DNA of 64,000 nucleotides, taken from NCBI GenBank assembly GCA_002099625.1, contig GCA_002099625.1_4857.1. One strand, 5' to 3'. Of this stretch, positions 28,173 through 37,702 are shown piece after piece; position 1 is the first letter of the stretch; the number at the start of each line of letters is the position of its first letter. The notes under the pieces were generated by a model, which was not told the DNA's origin, made no database searches, and saw only the letters and a list, made by a program, of their open reading frames with translations. The DNA comes from Escherichia coli. GTDB lineage: Bacteria > Pseudomonadota > Gammaproteobacteria > Enterobacterales > Enterobacteriaceae. Both the position numbers and the translations under genes were made by a program.

Positions 28173-29060
28173 TTATACCTCGCTTGGATCGTCCAGATCG
28201 TTGAACTGGAGATACAACGTTCCGACGATGGTGGTACAAGTAACAGGCAGTTTCAACACCAGCGCATACTTGTACTTCGCGTTTGTCGGCATTGCAACAG
28301 GGTCATTCAAACCAACGCTGACAACCTCCGCGCCCGCCAAACCGTAGGAAGCGGAGGTGGTCGCTACCCATGCAGTACCCGTGATATCTTTCAGCAGGTT
28401 AACCATATCCGTTAACGGCTGTCCGGACAGAATACCCGGCACGTATGCCAGCAACTCATCACGGTATTTGGTGAAGTTGTACGGGTAGGAATAAACCTCT
28501 GCAATGACCGCAGTAACGGTTTCGGAACCCATCTGACCGTTCGGGTATTTCAGACCGGTCAGGACGTTAGTGGTGACTGCAGAGACTAACGACTCATCGC
28601 CTTTCACGACTTTAAATGTCGCCTGTCCAACCCAACCGATAGACTCAGGATGTGCAACAACACGCACAGTTCCTTCGGTCTTATCACCGTTCCATTCGAT
28701 ATCTGCGTCCTGCAGGTCAGCTTCTTCCAGAACAAAACCGTAACGTTGGTTCAGTCCAGGAATGGCCGCATACAAGGTTTCGTTGGATGGGCCGATCGCC
28801 AACGTGTCACCAATCAGCACTAACAAGTCTTCGATTTTCATGCGGTTGTAGAAGACATTTTTCTTACCCGACCAGGTAGAGCCCGTTACCCCATCTGCCG
28901 TAATTTTAATTTGCGTGTTACGGTTAGTCAGCGTTTCCTTCTCCGTACCACGGATGTCCTTTGGCGAGGACCAGATGATGTCAGTCATCTTAACAGCAAG
29001 CGAGTTCTGTGCGTTCACTGCTGCCAACAGGACGTCTTTAGAAGGTTGATAAATAGCCAT
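28173..29060 (-). CDS. approx 280-aa fibre-family paralogue 2 of 7
   Basis: 295 aa, ATG start; MAIYQPSKDVLLAAVNAQN...NRNTQIKI...FYNRMKIEDLL. Confidence 0.6.
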   Translation of the reverse strand: MAIYQPSKDVLLAAVNAQNSLAVKMTDIIWSSPKDIRGTEKETLTNRNTQIKITADGVTGSTWSGKKNVFYNRMKIEDLLVLIGDTLAIGPSNETLYAAIPGLNQRYGFVLEEADLQDADIEWNGDKTEGTVRVVAHPESIGWVGQATFKVVKGDESLVSAVTTNVLTGLKYPNGQMGSETVTAVIAEVYSYPYNFTKYRDELLAYVPGILSGQPLTDMVNLLKDITGTAWVATTSASYGLAGAEVVSVGLNDPVAMPTNAKYKYALVLKLPVTCTTIVGTLYLQFNDLDDPSEV

Positions 29061-29070
29061 TCGCTAATTC

Positions 29071-29910
29071 CTAGTTGTTGTAGTGCAACATACACTCGCC
29101 GATTACTTTCGGGTCGTTCTGAATGCCGGTAATCAGCAATACGTTATCGTACGCTTTATTGGCGGTCGCCAACTCACTCGTTTTGTAGCGGGTAATTGTG
29201 CAGTTCGTCGGATCAAACGACGGTACCCCACGTGCGACCAATGTGGCCATCAGATTGGACGTGTAACCCAAATCAAAGTTACTTCCTACGTCCATTCGTC
29301 CGTTCTTAAACGAGGCCATAACCTGCACTTCATCAGTAAAGTCTTCCCCGTACGTCAAGAAGCCCATGTATTTCTTACCAGTGCTTGCTGCTGCAGGGTG
29401 GTTCAAAGCCGACAAGATGTCGTTTACCACGAGGTCTTCGAGACTATTCTTACCCCGGATAGACATAAAGGTGATGCTGCCAGTGTATTGGATACAGCTA
29501 GCGTTAATACGCATCGTGTTGTTTACGTTCAGATAAACGTATTGTTCTGGGATATCGTCTGCAACCAGGTTTAATCCATAACGACCGTTCAGGTTCTGCG
29601 CAAACGCAGTACGTTTCGACTCCACGTTCAACCAACCGTAGGCATTCGGTGCAGTTACCTGAGGTGTCATGTTCTTAAATAAGTCGTTCAGCGACAAGCG
29701 CTTATAACGGAACGTCTGAGGACCGATATAGCCACGACCTTGACGACCACGAATGATAATCTCAGTATTGGCACCGCTTGCTGTCGGTGTGATTGCTTTC
29801 GGCGTACCGATGATAGCATTGTCTAAACCCATCGGTAGAACAGCATCCGGGTTTTCGGCATTAATCGCATCGTACAGATATTGTCGCTGAGACAGACTAT
29901 ATAAAGCCAT
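29071..29910 (-). CDS. approx 280-aa fibre-family paralogue 3 of 7
   Basis: ORF 29071-29928 trimmed to ATG 29910 preceded by GAGGAGG; MALYSLSQRQYLYDAINAENP. Confidence 0.6.
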   Translation of the reverse strand: MALYSLSQRQYLYDAINAENPDAVLPMGLDNAIIGTPKAITPTASGANTEIIIRGRQGRGYIGPQTFRYKRLSLNDLFKNMTPQVTAPNAYGWLNVESKRTAFAQNLNGRYGLNLVADDIPEQYVYLNVNNTMRINASCIQYTGSITFMSIRGKNSLEDLVVNDILSALNHPAAASTGKKYMGFLTYGEDFTDEVQVMASFKNGRMDVGSNFDLGYTSNLMATLVARGVPSFDPTNCTITRYKTSELATANKAYDNVLLITGIQNDPKVIGECMLHYNN

Positions 29911-29924
29911 AATAGCCTCCTCGG

Positions 29925-29967
29925 CCAAAAAAGAAAGGAGTAGCCAGGAGGAGGATTTCCTCCTCCC
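29925..29967 (-). terminator. rho-independent terminator inside the paralogue array
   Basis: GGAGGAGGA / TCCTCCTCC inverted repeat followed on the minus strand by CTCCTTTCTTTTTTGG. Confidence 0.5.
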
Positions 29968-29979
29968 AGCGAGGCCTAA

Positions 29980-30891
29980 TTAGGCATTAAAGTGCAGGTA
30001 CATGACGCCCTGGAAGTTGGTGCACAGAGTGTCATCCAGCTGCAGCAGCAGAACCTGGTTGTAAGCAGTGTTTGCACCTTCAACCGGTTTCTTAGGATCG
30101 TCGCCTGAAGCGGTGCCGTCGTCAGCAGTAGAACCAACGTACAACACGTTAGCACCTTTCAGGTTATAATCCGCAGGCTCATCAGATGCAACCCACAGTT
30201 CCGGCACAACTTTATTCAGCTCAACCGGGAATGCAGAGTCGCCAGCGATAACACCTTTCGTCTGTACTTTCAGGAATGCTGCGATTGCTGTGCAGTCTAC
30301 ACCGTAAGAGTAGATGTAACCCTGACCCTTCGCTTCGCTTGCACCATCTGGGTAAACCAGGCCGTCGAGCTTGGTTTGTGTTACCACCAGATTCAGACGT
30401 TCACCAACTTGAGGCTTAGCACCGATTTTAACCGGGATGCTGCCCAGATAAGCATAGCAGTCTTCTTTGAAGGTAATGACGTGGTCAACCGGTGCTGGGT
30501 CCGGATCGTTCGGGTTAGTCAGCGGCGGGTTGGTATTTTCCGGAATAGCCGCCGGAACGATATCGTCTTCGGTCAGCTTCAATCCGTATTGGGTGTTCAG
30601 GGTCGTCAGCAGGTCGGTGGTGGTTTTCGGCAGTTTAACGTCGAGGTATGCTGTTACATTACGGAACAGCGCACTGCCTTCCAGGCGATTATAAGTCACG
30701 TCCTGAGTACCGATGTACCCGGAGTTCTTTTTCGCAGTCAGGGTCATGCTGGTATTGCGATCGGCACCTCCATCGACAATAGGGGTCGGTGTGCCGAGCG
30801 TTATTTTAGAAAGTTCCAGTTCTGCGTCTGGGTTTTTCTCATTAATAAAATCCAGAACCAGCTGATCGGACGTTTTGTTTAAAGGTTTCAT
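29980..30891 (-). CDS. approx 280-aa fibre-family paralogue 4 of 7
   Basis: 303 aa, ATG start; MKPLNKTSDQLVLDFINEKNP...RNTSMTL. Confidence 0.6.
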   Translation of the reverse strand: MKPLNKTSDQLVLDFINEKNPDAELELSKITLGTPTPIVDGGADRNTSMTLTAKKNSGYIGTQDVTYNRLEGSALFRNVTAYLDVKLPKTTTDLLTTLNTQYGLKLTEDDIVPAAIPENTNPPLTNPNDPDPAPVDHVITFKEDCYAYLGSIPVKIGAKPQVGERLNLVVTQTKLDGLVYPDGASEAKGQGYIYSYGVDCTAIAAFLKVQTKGVIAGDSAFPVELNKVVPELWVASDEPADYNLKGANVLYVGSTADDGTASGDDPKKPVEGANTAYNQVLLLQLDDTLCTNFQGVMYLHFNA

Positions 30892-30912
30892 TCTTACTTC
30901 CTTTACTCAGGA

Positions 30913-31758
30913 TTAATCAGGGTCGTTGTAGTGCAAATACAAACGCCCGCCAAAATTCAGACAGTACAACGACAGCTCCACAATCAGCACGTTGTCGACT
31001 GCTGGGTTGGTTGGTAATTCCGCTTTGTTACGCCCGTTATAGACGACGACAGCTTCACGAAGGTTAAAGTCGATTGGGTTACGGTACGTTGTCCAGTTAT
31101 CACCGGTGACCGTTTTGAGAATCTGCGCCAGACGTTCTGCGGTTATCGCAGCACCTAGTCGTTGAAATTCCTCCGCGAAATTATCAAAGCGCCAGGGATA
31201 CGAATAAACTGCACCTTGACCGACCTTGATGTTGAAATACGGATACTCGTAAGGTGTCACTGTTAAGGGTTCGAAGTTTGCAGGAAGCAACGCATCGCCT
31301 GGTAACAGCTGTACCTGTTGTTGCCCTATCCAACCTAAAGAAGTGGGCGTGGCAATCAGATCCACACGCCATGTCTTCCTGTCGATTTCGGTATTCACCA
31401 CATCTGCGGGTTTAAGGCTGAGACCGTAATACTGGTTAATTAACCCGACCACGTCATGCATCTGGTAAACAGCGTCGAGACGTGCAGGAACACGTAGAGG
31501 TTGAATCCCGTCTGGGTCGGTAAACATGTCTGCGAAGTCAACACGATCGTAATACACGGTAGTGGCACCGATAGCATTAGCGGTGGCCAAAGCCTGAATG
31601 CGCACCATCGCGTTATGACCATTGGCTTTTGCCAGGTCTTCGTCAGACGTCGGTATCGCAGGGACACCGAAAACCACATCTTCGACTTTTAAATCGAGAT
31701 TGTTTTCGACGTTAACCTCCGCGATAATAATCTTTTCAGCAGTGGCTAAAAGTGGCAT
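30913..31758 (-). CDS. approx 280-aa fibre-family paralogue 5 of 7
   Basis: 281 aa, ATG start; ends LHYNDPD like family consensus (LH(Y/F)N). Confidence 0.6.
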   Translation of the reverse strand: MPLLATAEKIIIAEVNVENNLDLKVEDVVFGVPAIPTSDEDLAKANGHNAMVRIQALATANAIGATTVYYDRVDFADMFTDPDGIQPLRVPARLDAVYQMHDVVGLINQYYGLSLKPADVVNTEIDRKTWRVDLIATPTSLGWIGQQQVQLLPGDALLPANFEPLTVTPYEYPYFNIKVGQGAVYSYPWRFDNFAEEFQRLGAAITAERLAQILKTVTGDNWTTYRNPIDFNLREAVVVYNGRNKAELPTNPAVDNVLIVELSLYCLNFGGRLYLHYNDPD

Positions 31759-31768
31759 GTCAAAATCC

Positions 31769-32611
31769 TTATATCGGGAGATAGTGAAGGATGAGATTAC
31801 CGGCGTAGTTGCTGTCCGCAGCTAGCTTGATAATCGCCACACGCTGATAATCGGGGTTGTAACTATCGTTCGGTGTGACTGAAGTTATCCCCATATATCG
31901 TGCACCTTGAAGCGCAATTTGTTCAGGTTGCGCAGTCGCCCCCGTCACATATGCAAACTTTAATGGCACCACTTCGTTAAGCAATTCAACATCCGCCGCG
32001 GTGATTGCGCGGTTGTAAGCCCAATCGGTAGTGAACTGTTTTTGCAGTTCAGTCCAATCGTAACCATACGCCACATACTCAGCCTGTGGTTTACTAGCAA
32101 CCACGAACGGCGCGATGATTGCGCTGAGGTCAACATCCGTCACCACATCCGCCAAGTTCGGGAAGAACTTCGCAAAGCGTAAACGGAAACCACCTTGCCA
32201 GGCCAAGCAACCAGGCTTAATAGTCACATCGATTAACCAGCTTTCTCCCAAATCTTTTACTGACTGGTCAACGATATCGTCGGCAACTAAAGACAAGCCG
32301 TATTTCGCATTCAGAAACGGCAACAACTCAGAGAGTTTATTTACCGGGTCGGCAACGACTACCGGTATTACGTTCCTGAACAGAATTTCCATTTCGATAC
32401 GGTCGTATTCGAGCGTAACGTTGCCTTTGTAGCCCTTGCCGTTCAACCCGTATAAGAGCACACGCGTATTCCGGTCAGCGCCAGGCGTTTGGACAGACTC
32501 AGGGAAGCCAGTTGCAACCTGCTCCCATGTGAGTGGATTGGCCGTTAATCCGTTCTGTCGGTTAATAGCATCTAACAACATCTCTTTCGAGGGCTTATCG
32601 TAAATAGACAC
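31769..32611 (-). CDS. approx 280-aa fibre-family paralogue 6 of 7
   Basis: 280 aa; apparent GTG start preceded by GGAGGG; MSIYDKPSKEMLLDAINRQN...RNTRVLL...LEYDRIEM. Confidence 0.6.
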   Translation of the reverse strand: MSIYDKPSKEMLLDAINRQNGLTANPLTWEQVATGFPESVQTPGADRNTRVLLYGLNGKGYKGNVTLEYDRIEMEILFRNVIPVVVADPVNKLSELLPFLNAKYGLSLVADDIVDQSVKDLGESWLIDVTIKPGCLAWQGGFRLRFAKFFPNLADVVTDVDLSAIIAPFVVASKPQAEYVAYGYDWTELQKQFTTDWAYNRAITAADVELLNEVVPLKFAYVTGATAQPEQIALQGARYMGITSVTPNDSYNPDYQRVAIIKLAADSNYAGNLILHYLPI

Positions 32612-32621
32612 CTATACCCTC

Positions 32622-33419
32622 CTAGTTGTTAAAGTGTAGGTTGAGGGTGCCCTGGAAGTTCGTACATTTATCGGTCAGTTGCACTGACACGACTTTCGCG
32701 AACGCCGTATTTGCTCCCGGCAAGTCTGCAGGTACGCCGTCGAATACGACAGTGGCACCACGCAGGTTATACGGGGATGGGGTATCTTCAGCTACCCAAA
32801 TCTCAGGAACACATTTGTTGAGTTCGATTGCCAACGCCGTGTCATCTACCTCGATACCGACCGCTAAGAGGCTCAGGAAACGAGAGATGTGGCTACAATC
32901 GATGTCACGCGAATAGATATACGCCTGACCCAACTGGATGTCCTGGTGATCCGGGTACAGAAGACCGCTCAACTCTGTATTGGTTACTACTTCTGCCAGA
33001 GGTGTAGCAGGTTTCAGCTCGATGACCGCTTGACTTCGCCACTCGTGGGAAGTTTCAACAGCAACGACTGTGTGCGTCTGTCCATCAATGGGGTTATCTT
33101 CGATATCCTCAGGTAAGATAGACAGATTAAAACGCTCGTTAATCGCCGCGAGTAAGTCGTGCGTGGTTTGCACGTCCTCGTCTCCAAAGGCAACATCGCC
33201 TTTAAGGTAGTCCTCTAATGGACGACGATGGTAGTCCACAATCACTTGCGTACCTTCATCACCGCGCATCTTCGAGGTAAGGACTACCTCCGAATCACGA
33301 CCGTCTACTGACACAACCTCCGGCAGTCCGATATCAACATCGTCAAAGGTAAGCGGTGGGCTTATCTTATTCTCTTCGTTGATGAGTTTTAGCAGATTCT
33401 GTTTTGAAGTAAAAGACAT
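32622..33419 (-). CDS. approx 280-aa fibre-family paralogue 7 of 7
   Basis: 265 aa, ATG start; MSFTSKQNLLKLINEEN; ends LHFNN. Confidence 0.6.
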   Translation of the reverse strand: MSFTSKQNLLKLINEENKISPPLTFDDVDIGLPEVVSVDGRDSEVVLTSKMRGDEGTQVIVDYHRRPLEDYLKGDVAFGDEDVQTTHDLLAAINERFNLSILPEDIEDNPIDGQTHTVVAVETSHEWRSQAVIELKPATPLAEVVTNTELSGLLYPDHQDIQLGQAYIYSRDIDCSHISRFLSLLAVGIEVDDTALAIELNKCVPEIWVAEDTPSPYNLRGATVVFDGVPADLPGANTAFAKVVSVQLTDKCTNFQGTLNLHFNN

Positions 33420-33519
33420 CGCGTTAACTCGAGTTAAGGGATTATTGAGGTCGTAAGATTTTTAGACCCCCTGCCAGCATATTAAAAGCGTAGTGCGTAC
33501 CAGAATCCGAACAAGAGCA

Positions 33520-33566
33520 AACAAAAAAAGAAAAGGAAACAAAAAAGAAGGGGAGCCGAAGCTCCC
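33520..33566 (-). terminator. rho-independent terminator after gene 33573-34004
   Basis: GGGAGC-CGAA-GCTCCC hairpin directly after the stop codon, followed on the minus strand by a long T-rich tract. Confidence 0.5.
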
Positions 33567-33572
33567 TTTTCT

Positions 33573-34004
33573 TCACGACTTCGACTGCTCCCATTCAGGA
33601 TAGACGAAGTTTCCATTGTGTTCTTTGTAGTGTTTGTAGAGTTCCTGGACAAGATCAGAAATCTTATCCCCGCAATCATGAAACCAACTATCCCAGCAAA
33701 AGTGCGGGAAGTCGTTCCACGAATAAGATACCTTGTCATTGAAAGCTTCCCAACTGACATACCACCAATAGCCCTTCTGCAGTTCATAGGCATCCCAGAA
33801 CTTATACCCACTAGACGTTTCGTATACCACGATAATCCATTTGACATCGTTCGTCCCTTCGTCGCAGATACCGAAAGCGTGGTCAGTGGTGTCGAACGTG
33901 TAGTCCGTCTTATAGGGTTTGTTTTTGTTGTTTATCCGAATACGTGCACCCTTCGGCATCAGAGCATGGAAAGTATCGCCGTTCAGCTTTTTGATTACGT
34001 TCAC
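33573..34004 (-). CDS. hypothetical protein (Trp/Tyr-rich)
   Basis: 143-aa ORF, apparent GTG start with GAGGA RBS. Confidence 0.5.
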   Translation of the reverse strand: MNVIKKLNGDTFHALMPKGARIRINNKNKPYKTDYTFDTTDHAFGICDEGTNDVKWIIVVYETSSGYKFWDAYELQKGYWWYVSWEAFNDKVSYSWNDFPHFCWDSWFHDCGDKISDLVQELYKHYKEHNGNFVYPEWEQSKS

Positions 34005-34025
34005 GACTTTATCCTCAATCGTCGA

Positions 34026-34244
34026 TTAACAGACCCACACAAGGCCGTTATTCTTTGGGCGGTCTTTAACACCGTAGGTTACTTCAACGTTGTCAATCAT
34101 TTTATCGCCGTCTTTCATTGTTTTCATGAAAGCTTTGGCTTCTGCTGCAGACATTTTCAGCAGCAGGTCAATCATGTCAGGCTTACGTTTGGCGGTGGTT
34201 TCAACAACAGGTTTGATTTCAGATTTGGAGAAGAGGTTGCGCAT
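34026..34244 (-). CDS. small hypothetical protein
   Basis: 72-aa ORF, ATG start, Lys-rich. Confidence 0.45.
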   Translation of the reverse strand: MRNLFSKSEIKPVVETTAKRKPDMIDLLLKMSAAEAKAFMKTMKDGDKMIDNVEVTYGVKDRPKNNGLVWVC

Positions 34245-34305
34245 GGGATATTCCTTTTTTGTAGATTGCAGGTTGATTGGCGGGACTTTGCCCGCCGGGT
34301 TATTG

Positions 34306-34752
34306 TTAGTGTACTTCTTTTTCTAAACGCAGGCGATGCGTCGCTAAGGCGATTGCACGGTTTTCGAATTCAAGACTGAATGGGCTGATTTGTGCCATGT
34401 ATTTCTTTACGATGTCGTCAGAGACAACTTGACGACGATAATCACGAATCATTTCAGCAAAGCTGCTAGTAGGAAGTTCATCGTATTCGATTTCCATACC
34501 ACGTCTATTGATGTAGTACGAAGCAACCATGTCGTTAAACATTACATCGCCGGCTTCACCTAGAGGGAACTCGTCGCGAGTAGGTTCTGTGGTCTGGAAC
34601 GTGGCTTCTTTGGCGTTGGCGATAATCTCTTCGAAGTCCTCAGTAGTGAATTCGCTAGGGTCTTGTTTGTTGGCCGCCATCACGATTAGGAAAGAAATCA
34701 TAATCGGGTTTTTGCTAGCGTATTTAGTAAGTTCGTTATTCAGAATGTACAT
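34306..34752 (-). CDS. hypothetical protein
   Basis: 148-aa ORF, ATG start preceded by AAGGAG; promoter-like box about 60 nt upstream. Confidence 0.55.
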   Translation of the reverse strand: MYILNNELTKYASKNPIMISFLIVMAANKQDPSEFTTEDFEEIIANAKEATFQTTEPTRDEFPLGEAGDVMFNDMVASYYINRRGMEIEYDELPTSSFAEMIRDYRRQVVSDDIVKKYMAQISPFSLEFENRAIALATHRLRLEKEVH

Positions 34753-34812
34753 GTTAAAACTCCTTAAGATAATGGTCGATTAGATAAGAGTTAATTGTTA
34801 ACTCTCACCTAA

Positions 34813-34829
34813 GTAATATATATCTGAAA
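34813..34829 (-). promoter_or_regulatory. conserved promoter-like box (copy 1 of 5)
   Basis: minus-strand TTTCAGATATATATTAC about 60 nt upstream of the start codon at 34752; same box recurs at four other minus-strand gene starts. Confidence 0.4.
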
Positions 34830-34850
34830 ATAATTGTAATCGGACTAGGC

Positions 34851-34886
34851 AAAAAAAGAAGAAACCCTACTCCCGAAGGAGTAGGG
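34851..34886 (-). terminator. rho-independent terminator (CUUCGG loop)
   Basis: CCCTACTCC-CGAA-GGAGTAGGG hairpin; minus-strand T-run TTTCTTCTTTTTTT. Confidence 0.55.
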
Positions 34887-34923
34887 TACTGCTTTATTCG
34901 CCACCCTTGGGATAAGCGTCATC

Positions 34924-35352
34924 CTAGTTGATGTGGAGTAGAGTGTCCTTCAACGCCTTCTGCTTTTCGTACGACTGACGACACAAGGAAGTCAGCGTCG
35001 AATACGCCGTGCCGGTACGCACCGGTAATTCGCCACCCGCTTCGGTGGGTTCTGTACGAACAAAAGACCCTTCTTCAAACGGCGGCGCTGCGTGTGGGAA
35101 GTTCTTTTTCATGTATCGCTTATACCAGCCGGCCACAACACGGATAACTTTTGGCATCTGAGATCGTCGGTCACGTACTTTCTTCCCGTGCATCTGATTC
35201 ATCTCGGAAGACATGCATAGCGAGGTGTACTGACTGAATCCGTCACTGACCCACTTACCGTCCTGGACCAGTAATTTCTTACCAACTGCTACAGCGATTC
35301 TCGGAGAGAAAATGACCGCACCATCTTTACGTTTCTTAGGCTTAAGCATCAT
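34924..35352 (-). CDS. hypothetical basic protein
   Basis: 142-aa ORF; N-terminus MMLKPKKRK resembles the N-terminus of the next gene. Confidence 0.5.
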   Translation of the reverse strand: MMLKPKKRKDGAVIFSPRIAVAVGKKLLVQDGKWVSDGFSQYTSLCMSSEMNQMHGKKVRDRRSQMPKVIRVVAGWYKRYMKKNFPHAAPPFEEGSFVRTEPTEAGGELPVRTGTAYSTLTSLCRQSYEKQKALKDTLLHIN

Positions 35353-36145
35353 TATCGTCCTTGTATAGGGAGTCGTAAGGGCTGTTAGTGTTCATGTTAA
35401 ATTCTTGTTCTACTTCAGGATGTTGTGAAAGGGAATCCAGAAAGATCGGTTGATATCCACCCTCTGTACGTTTCTTTATCATTTCAAGGAACGACTTTCC
35501 ATCAGGAACATCAGGTGTTGATACTAACACCGTGTCAGAGACTGTCGGTAAACGCGTGCAGCCTTCAGTGTTCAGCTGTAGTACCGCGTCTGGTGCGATG
35601 TGTCTGATGTTAGGAAACTTCAACGCGATCTCTTCCATCTTCGCTTTCAATGCATCACCGTTTAGCAGCGGTACAGTCGGCGTCATATAAGCGAACTCAA
35701 CATCTCGATCGGCCACATAATCGCGTAAGTGTTTTCGGGCTGCTACTGTAGCAGAAACTTGCTCTTTATTAGCGTTTATGCCGATGCCATTAAAACGTTT
35801 TAGTTTGTCTAAGAAAACGTTAATGTTTTCCTTCGGCATAGGGCGTGGGAACTTACGCAGAAAATAAAGTTGTTCGCGGCCAGGCACCCAGCTGAGCACC
35901 CAGCACGCTTTTAGTGTACGGAAGATATCACGATAGGGTTTCTTCTCTTGAAAGAAATCCCCTTTTAACTGGCAACGGTCTTCAACCATTGCCTGGAGTT
36001 GGGTGGCTACGTTGGCCATTGCCGACCAGGTGATAAGACGACTACGGTGTTTACCCACGTAGAGACGTCCACCTGTAATACGACGAGACTGTGGATGTAC
36101 TATTTTGACAAACTGTAATCTTTTCTGCTTGCGTGGTTTTAACAT
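35342..36145 (-). CDS. hypothetical protein
   Basis: 267-aa ORF; N-terminus MLKPRKQKR. Confidence 0.5.
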   Translation of the reverse strand: MLKPRKQKRLQFVKIVHPQSRRITGGRLYVGKHRSRLITWSAMANVATQLQAMVEDRCQLKGDFFQEKKPYRDIFRTLKACWVLSWVPGREQLYFLRKFPRPMPKENINVFLDKLKRFNGIGINANKEQVSATVAARKHLRDYVADRDVEFAYMTPTVPLLNGDALKAKMEEIALKFPNIRHIAPDAVLQLNTEGCTRLPTVSDTVLVSTPDVPDGKSFLEMIKKRTEGGYQPIFLDSLSQHPEVEQEFNMNTNSPYDSLYKDDNDA

Positions 36146-36190
36146 TTGAATACTCCTTAAGGTCGTATCTAATTTGAAACTGTTGTTTTT

Positions 36191-36562
36191 TTAAGGATTA
36201 ACGAACAGTCTGCCAACCTCGTAAGATGGCGGTGCCTCGGTACTTTTGCGTTCGGGGCTAATGGGGAAATCGAACACAGGTGTTTCCATAATGTCCGGCG
36301 GCATAACCCCGTCGTTCATTTCCAGAACTCGTCTGCGTACCTTGTCCCTGAACTCGGTATCCTCGCCTTGCCACAATACGGTCAGGATTTCCTCCCGTGT
36401 AAAATCCTTACGAAGCATGTATTCTAGCGCTGCATAAATGAACACTTTTTCTTCATGTAACTGTGCTTCGTATTCTTTCCTGGCAGACAACGCTTGTTTA
36501 TAAAGTTCGCGCTCCTCATGCCCAAAGAACAGACGCCGCCACCACACCATTAATTTACTCAT
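36191..36562 (-). CDS. hypothetical protein
   Basis: 123-aa ORF. Confidence 0.45.
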   Translation of the reverse strand: MSKLMVWWRRLFFGHEERELYKQALSARKEYEAQLHEEKVFIYAALEYMLRKDFTREEILTVLWQGEDTEFRDKVRRRVLEMNDGVMPPDIMETPVFDFPISPERKSTEAPPSYEVGRLFVNP

Positions 36563-36971
36563 CTTTTACCTCGTATCCATGACTACGAAAATACTCGATG
36601 GCCGCAGAACGTTTACCTACACAGGAGAGTTTTTCATAGAGTAACTCAAGGAGTGTCTTTGGTTCCCAACGCCGCTCTATGAAATAGATTAGGGCACCCA
36701 GGTTCCATCCTAACATCTTGTCACGCAGATCCGCATCTCGTCGGGCATCCCGTAGCTCATCTTCGAGTTTCCGGTTCTTAGACTGTTCCTCAGAAAGTAG
36801 TCGTGTAAGCTTACGGCGTTCTTCGAAAGATTCATCAAGATTTCTCTTCCACGCTTCTTTCGAAATTTCTAACTCAGTCTTTGATAGGCTGAGTTCCAAT
36901 TCCAGTATTTCTAATTGGCGGCGCAATTGTTTTTTCTCCTGAAACAGGCCGAACATGTTTTCTCCTTGCAA
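36555..36971 (-). CDS. hypothetical coiled-coil protein
   Basis: 138-aa ORF; charged heptad-like segment LRRQLEILELELSLSKTELEISKEAWKRNL. Confidence 0.45.
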   Translation of the reverse strand: MQGENMFGLFQEKKQLRRQLEILELELSLSKTELEISKEAWKRNLDESFEERRKLTRLLSEEQSKNRKLEDELRDARRDADLRDKMLGWNLGALIYFIERRWEPKTLLELLYEKLSCVGKRSAAIEYFRSHGYEVKDE

Positions 36972-37021
36972 TAGCCCTATCGATTCTGTTACGAACTTCT
37001 GCTAACGATAACGTTTCCCAC

Positions 37022-37342
37022 TTAAAATCCATTGCGACCTCCCTGTGCGATGTATAACGCACATTTCGCATTGAGTGCTTCGATATTAGCGATAAGTATC
37101 ATCACGCCGCCGAGTGTTCGTGGTACGCGAACTGCTTCGTACTCGCGACTTTGTGTACGGACACAATATTCATCGCCCAGGAACGCGATTTCGTAATACT
37201 CAGCACGTAACGGCACAAATGACTGTAGCAACATATCTGCGGTTTGATAGTCGTCAGTCAGTTTTCCGCCCTCGAGTAAATATTTCTGAATCTCGTGAAT
37301 GGTCAATCCCTGTAATGAAATAGACACCAGCTTCTCCTTCAT
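37022..37342 (-). CDS. hypothetical protein
   Basis: 106-aa ORF; 89-nt overlap with upstream ORF so start uncertain. Confidence 0.4.
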   Translation of the reverse strand: MKEKLVSISLQGLTIHEIQKYLLEGGKLTDDYQTADMLLQSFVPLRAEYYEIAFLGDEYCVRTQSREYEAVRVPRTLGGVMILIANIEALNAKCALYIAQGGRNGF

Positions 37343-37679
37343 GGTCGATTAATAACAGTTCAGGTGGCACGTCATAGTCGATGGGTGCGGACTCCTCCAT
37401 CACGCTATACAATCGCTGATAGAACTCTCTGGAGGTTTCCAGGTGCCCTCTTGACACGTGTCTGACATGCGGTGTATTAGGATGATAAAACTCGCCGTAG
37501 GTTATCGCTAACTCGACAAACCATAGACATAGTTCTCTTGGCCCGTACCGGTTATAAAACTTTATCACCCCAACATCAAACATCTTGTTGTAATGCGGTA
37601 AATCACGATAACGAAGTTTTAGTGTACCTACACCGATGCGTTGAAGCTCGATAGAGATAGCTACGTCTATGGTTACCAT
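37254..37679 (-). CDS. hypothetical protein
   Basis: 141-aa ORF. Confidence 0.45.
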   Translation of the reverse strand: MVTIDVAISIELQRIGVGTLKLRYRDLPHYNKMFDVGVIKFYNRYGPRELCLWFVELAITYGEFYHPNTPHVRHVSRGHLETSREFYQRLYSVMEESAPIDYDVPPELLLIDHEGEAGVYFITGIDHSRDSEIFTRGRKTD

Positions 37680-37702
37680 TCACAATCACCCTTATCCGCA
37701 GA

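Noticed and set aside
30376-30882. 168-aa plus-strand ORF antisense to fibre paralogue 29980-30891
   Set aside because: Shadow ORF in a region where seven consecutive homologous minus-strand genes are clearly the real coding units.
17156-33419. Fibre paralogue arrays as a mobile element, integron-like cassette array or diversity-generating retroelement target
   Set aside because: No integrase, transposase, reverse transcriptase, attC-like or template-repeat sequences seen; the paralogues are too diverged for recent DGR-type mutagenesis and are better explained by ancient duplication and recombination.
33482-33847. 121-aa minus-strand ORF overlapping 33573-34004 in another frame
   Set aside because: Low-complexity, runs through the terminator hairpin and T-tract; the 143-aa Trp/Tyr-rich ORF is more protein-like.
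33618-34379. 253-aa plus-strand ORF spanning several minus-strand genes
   Set aside because: Antisense to three well-formed minus-strand genes with RBSs and terminators; the whole region is transcribed on the minus strand.
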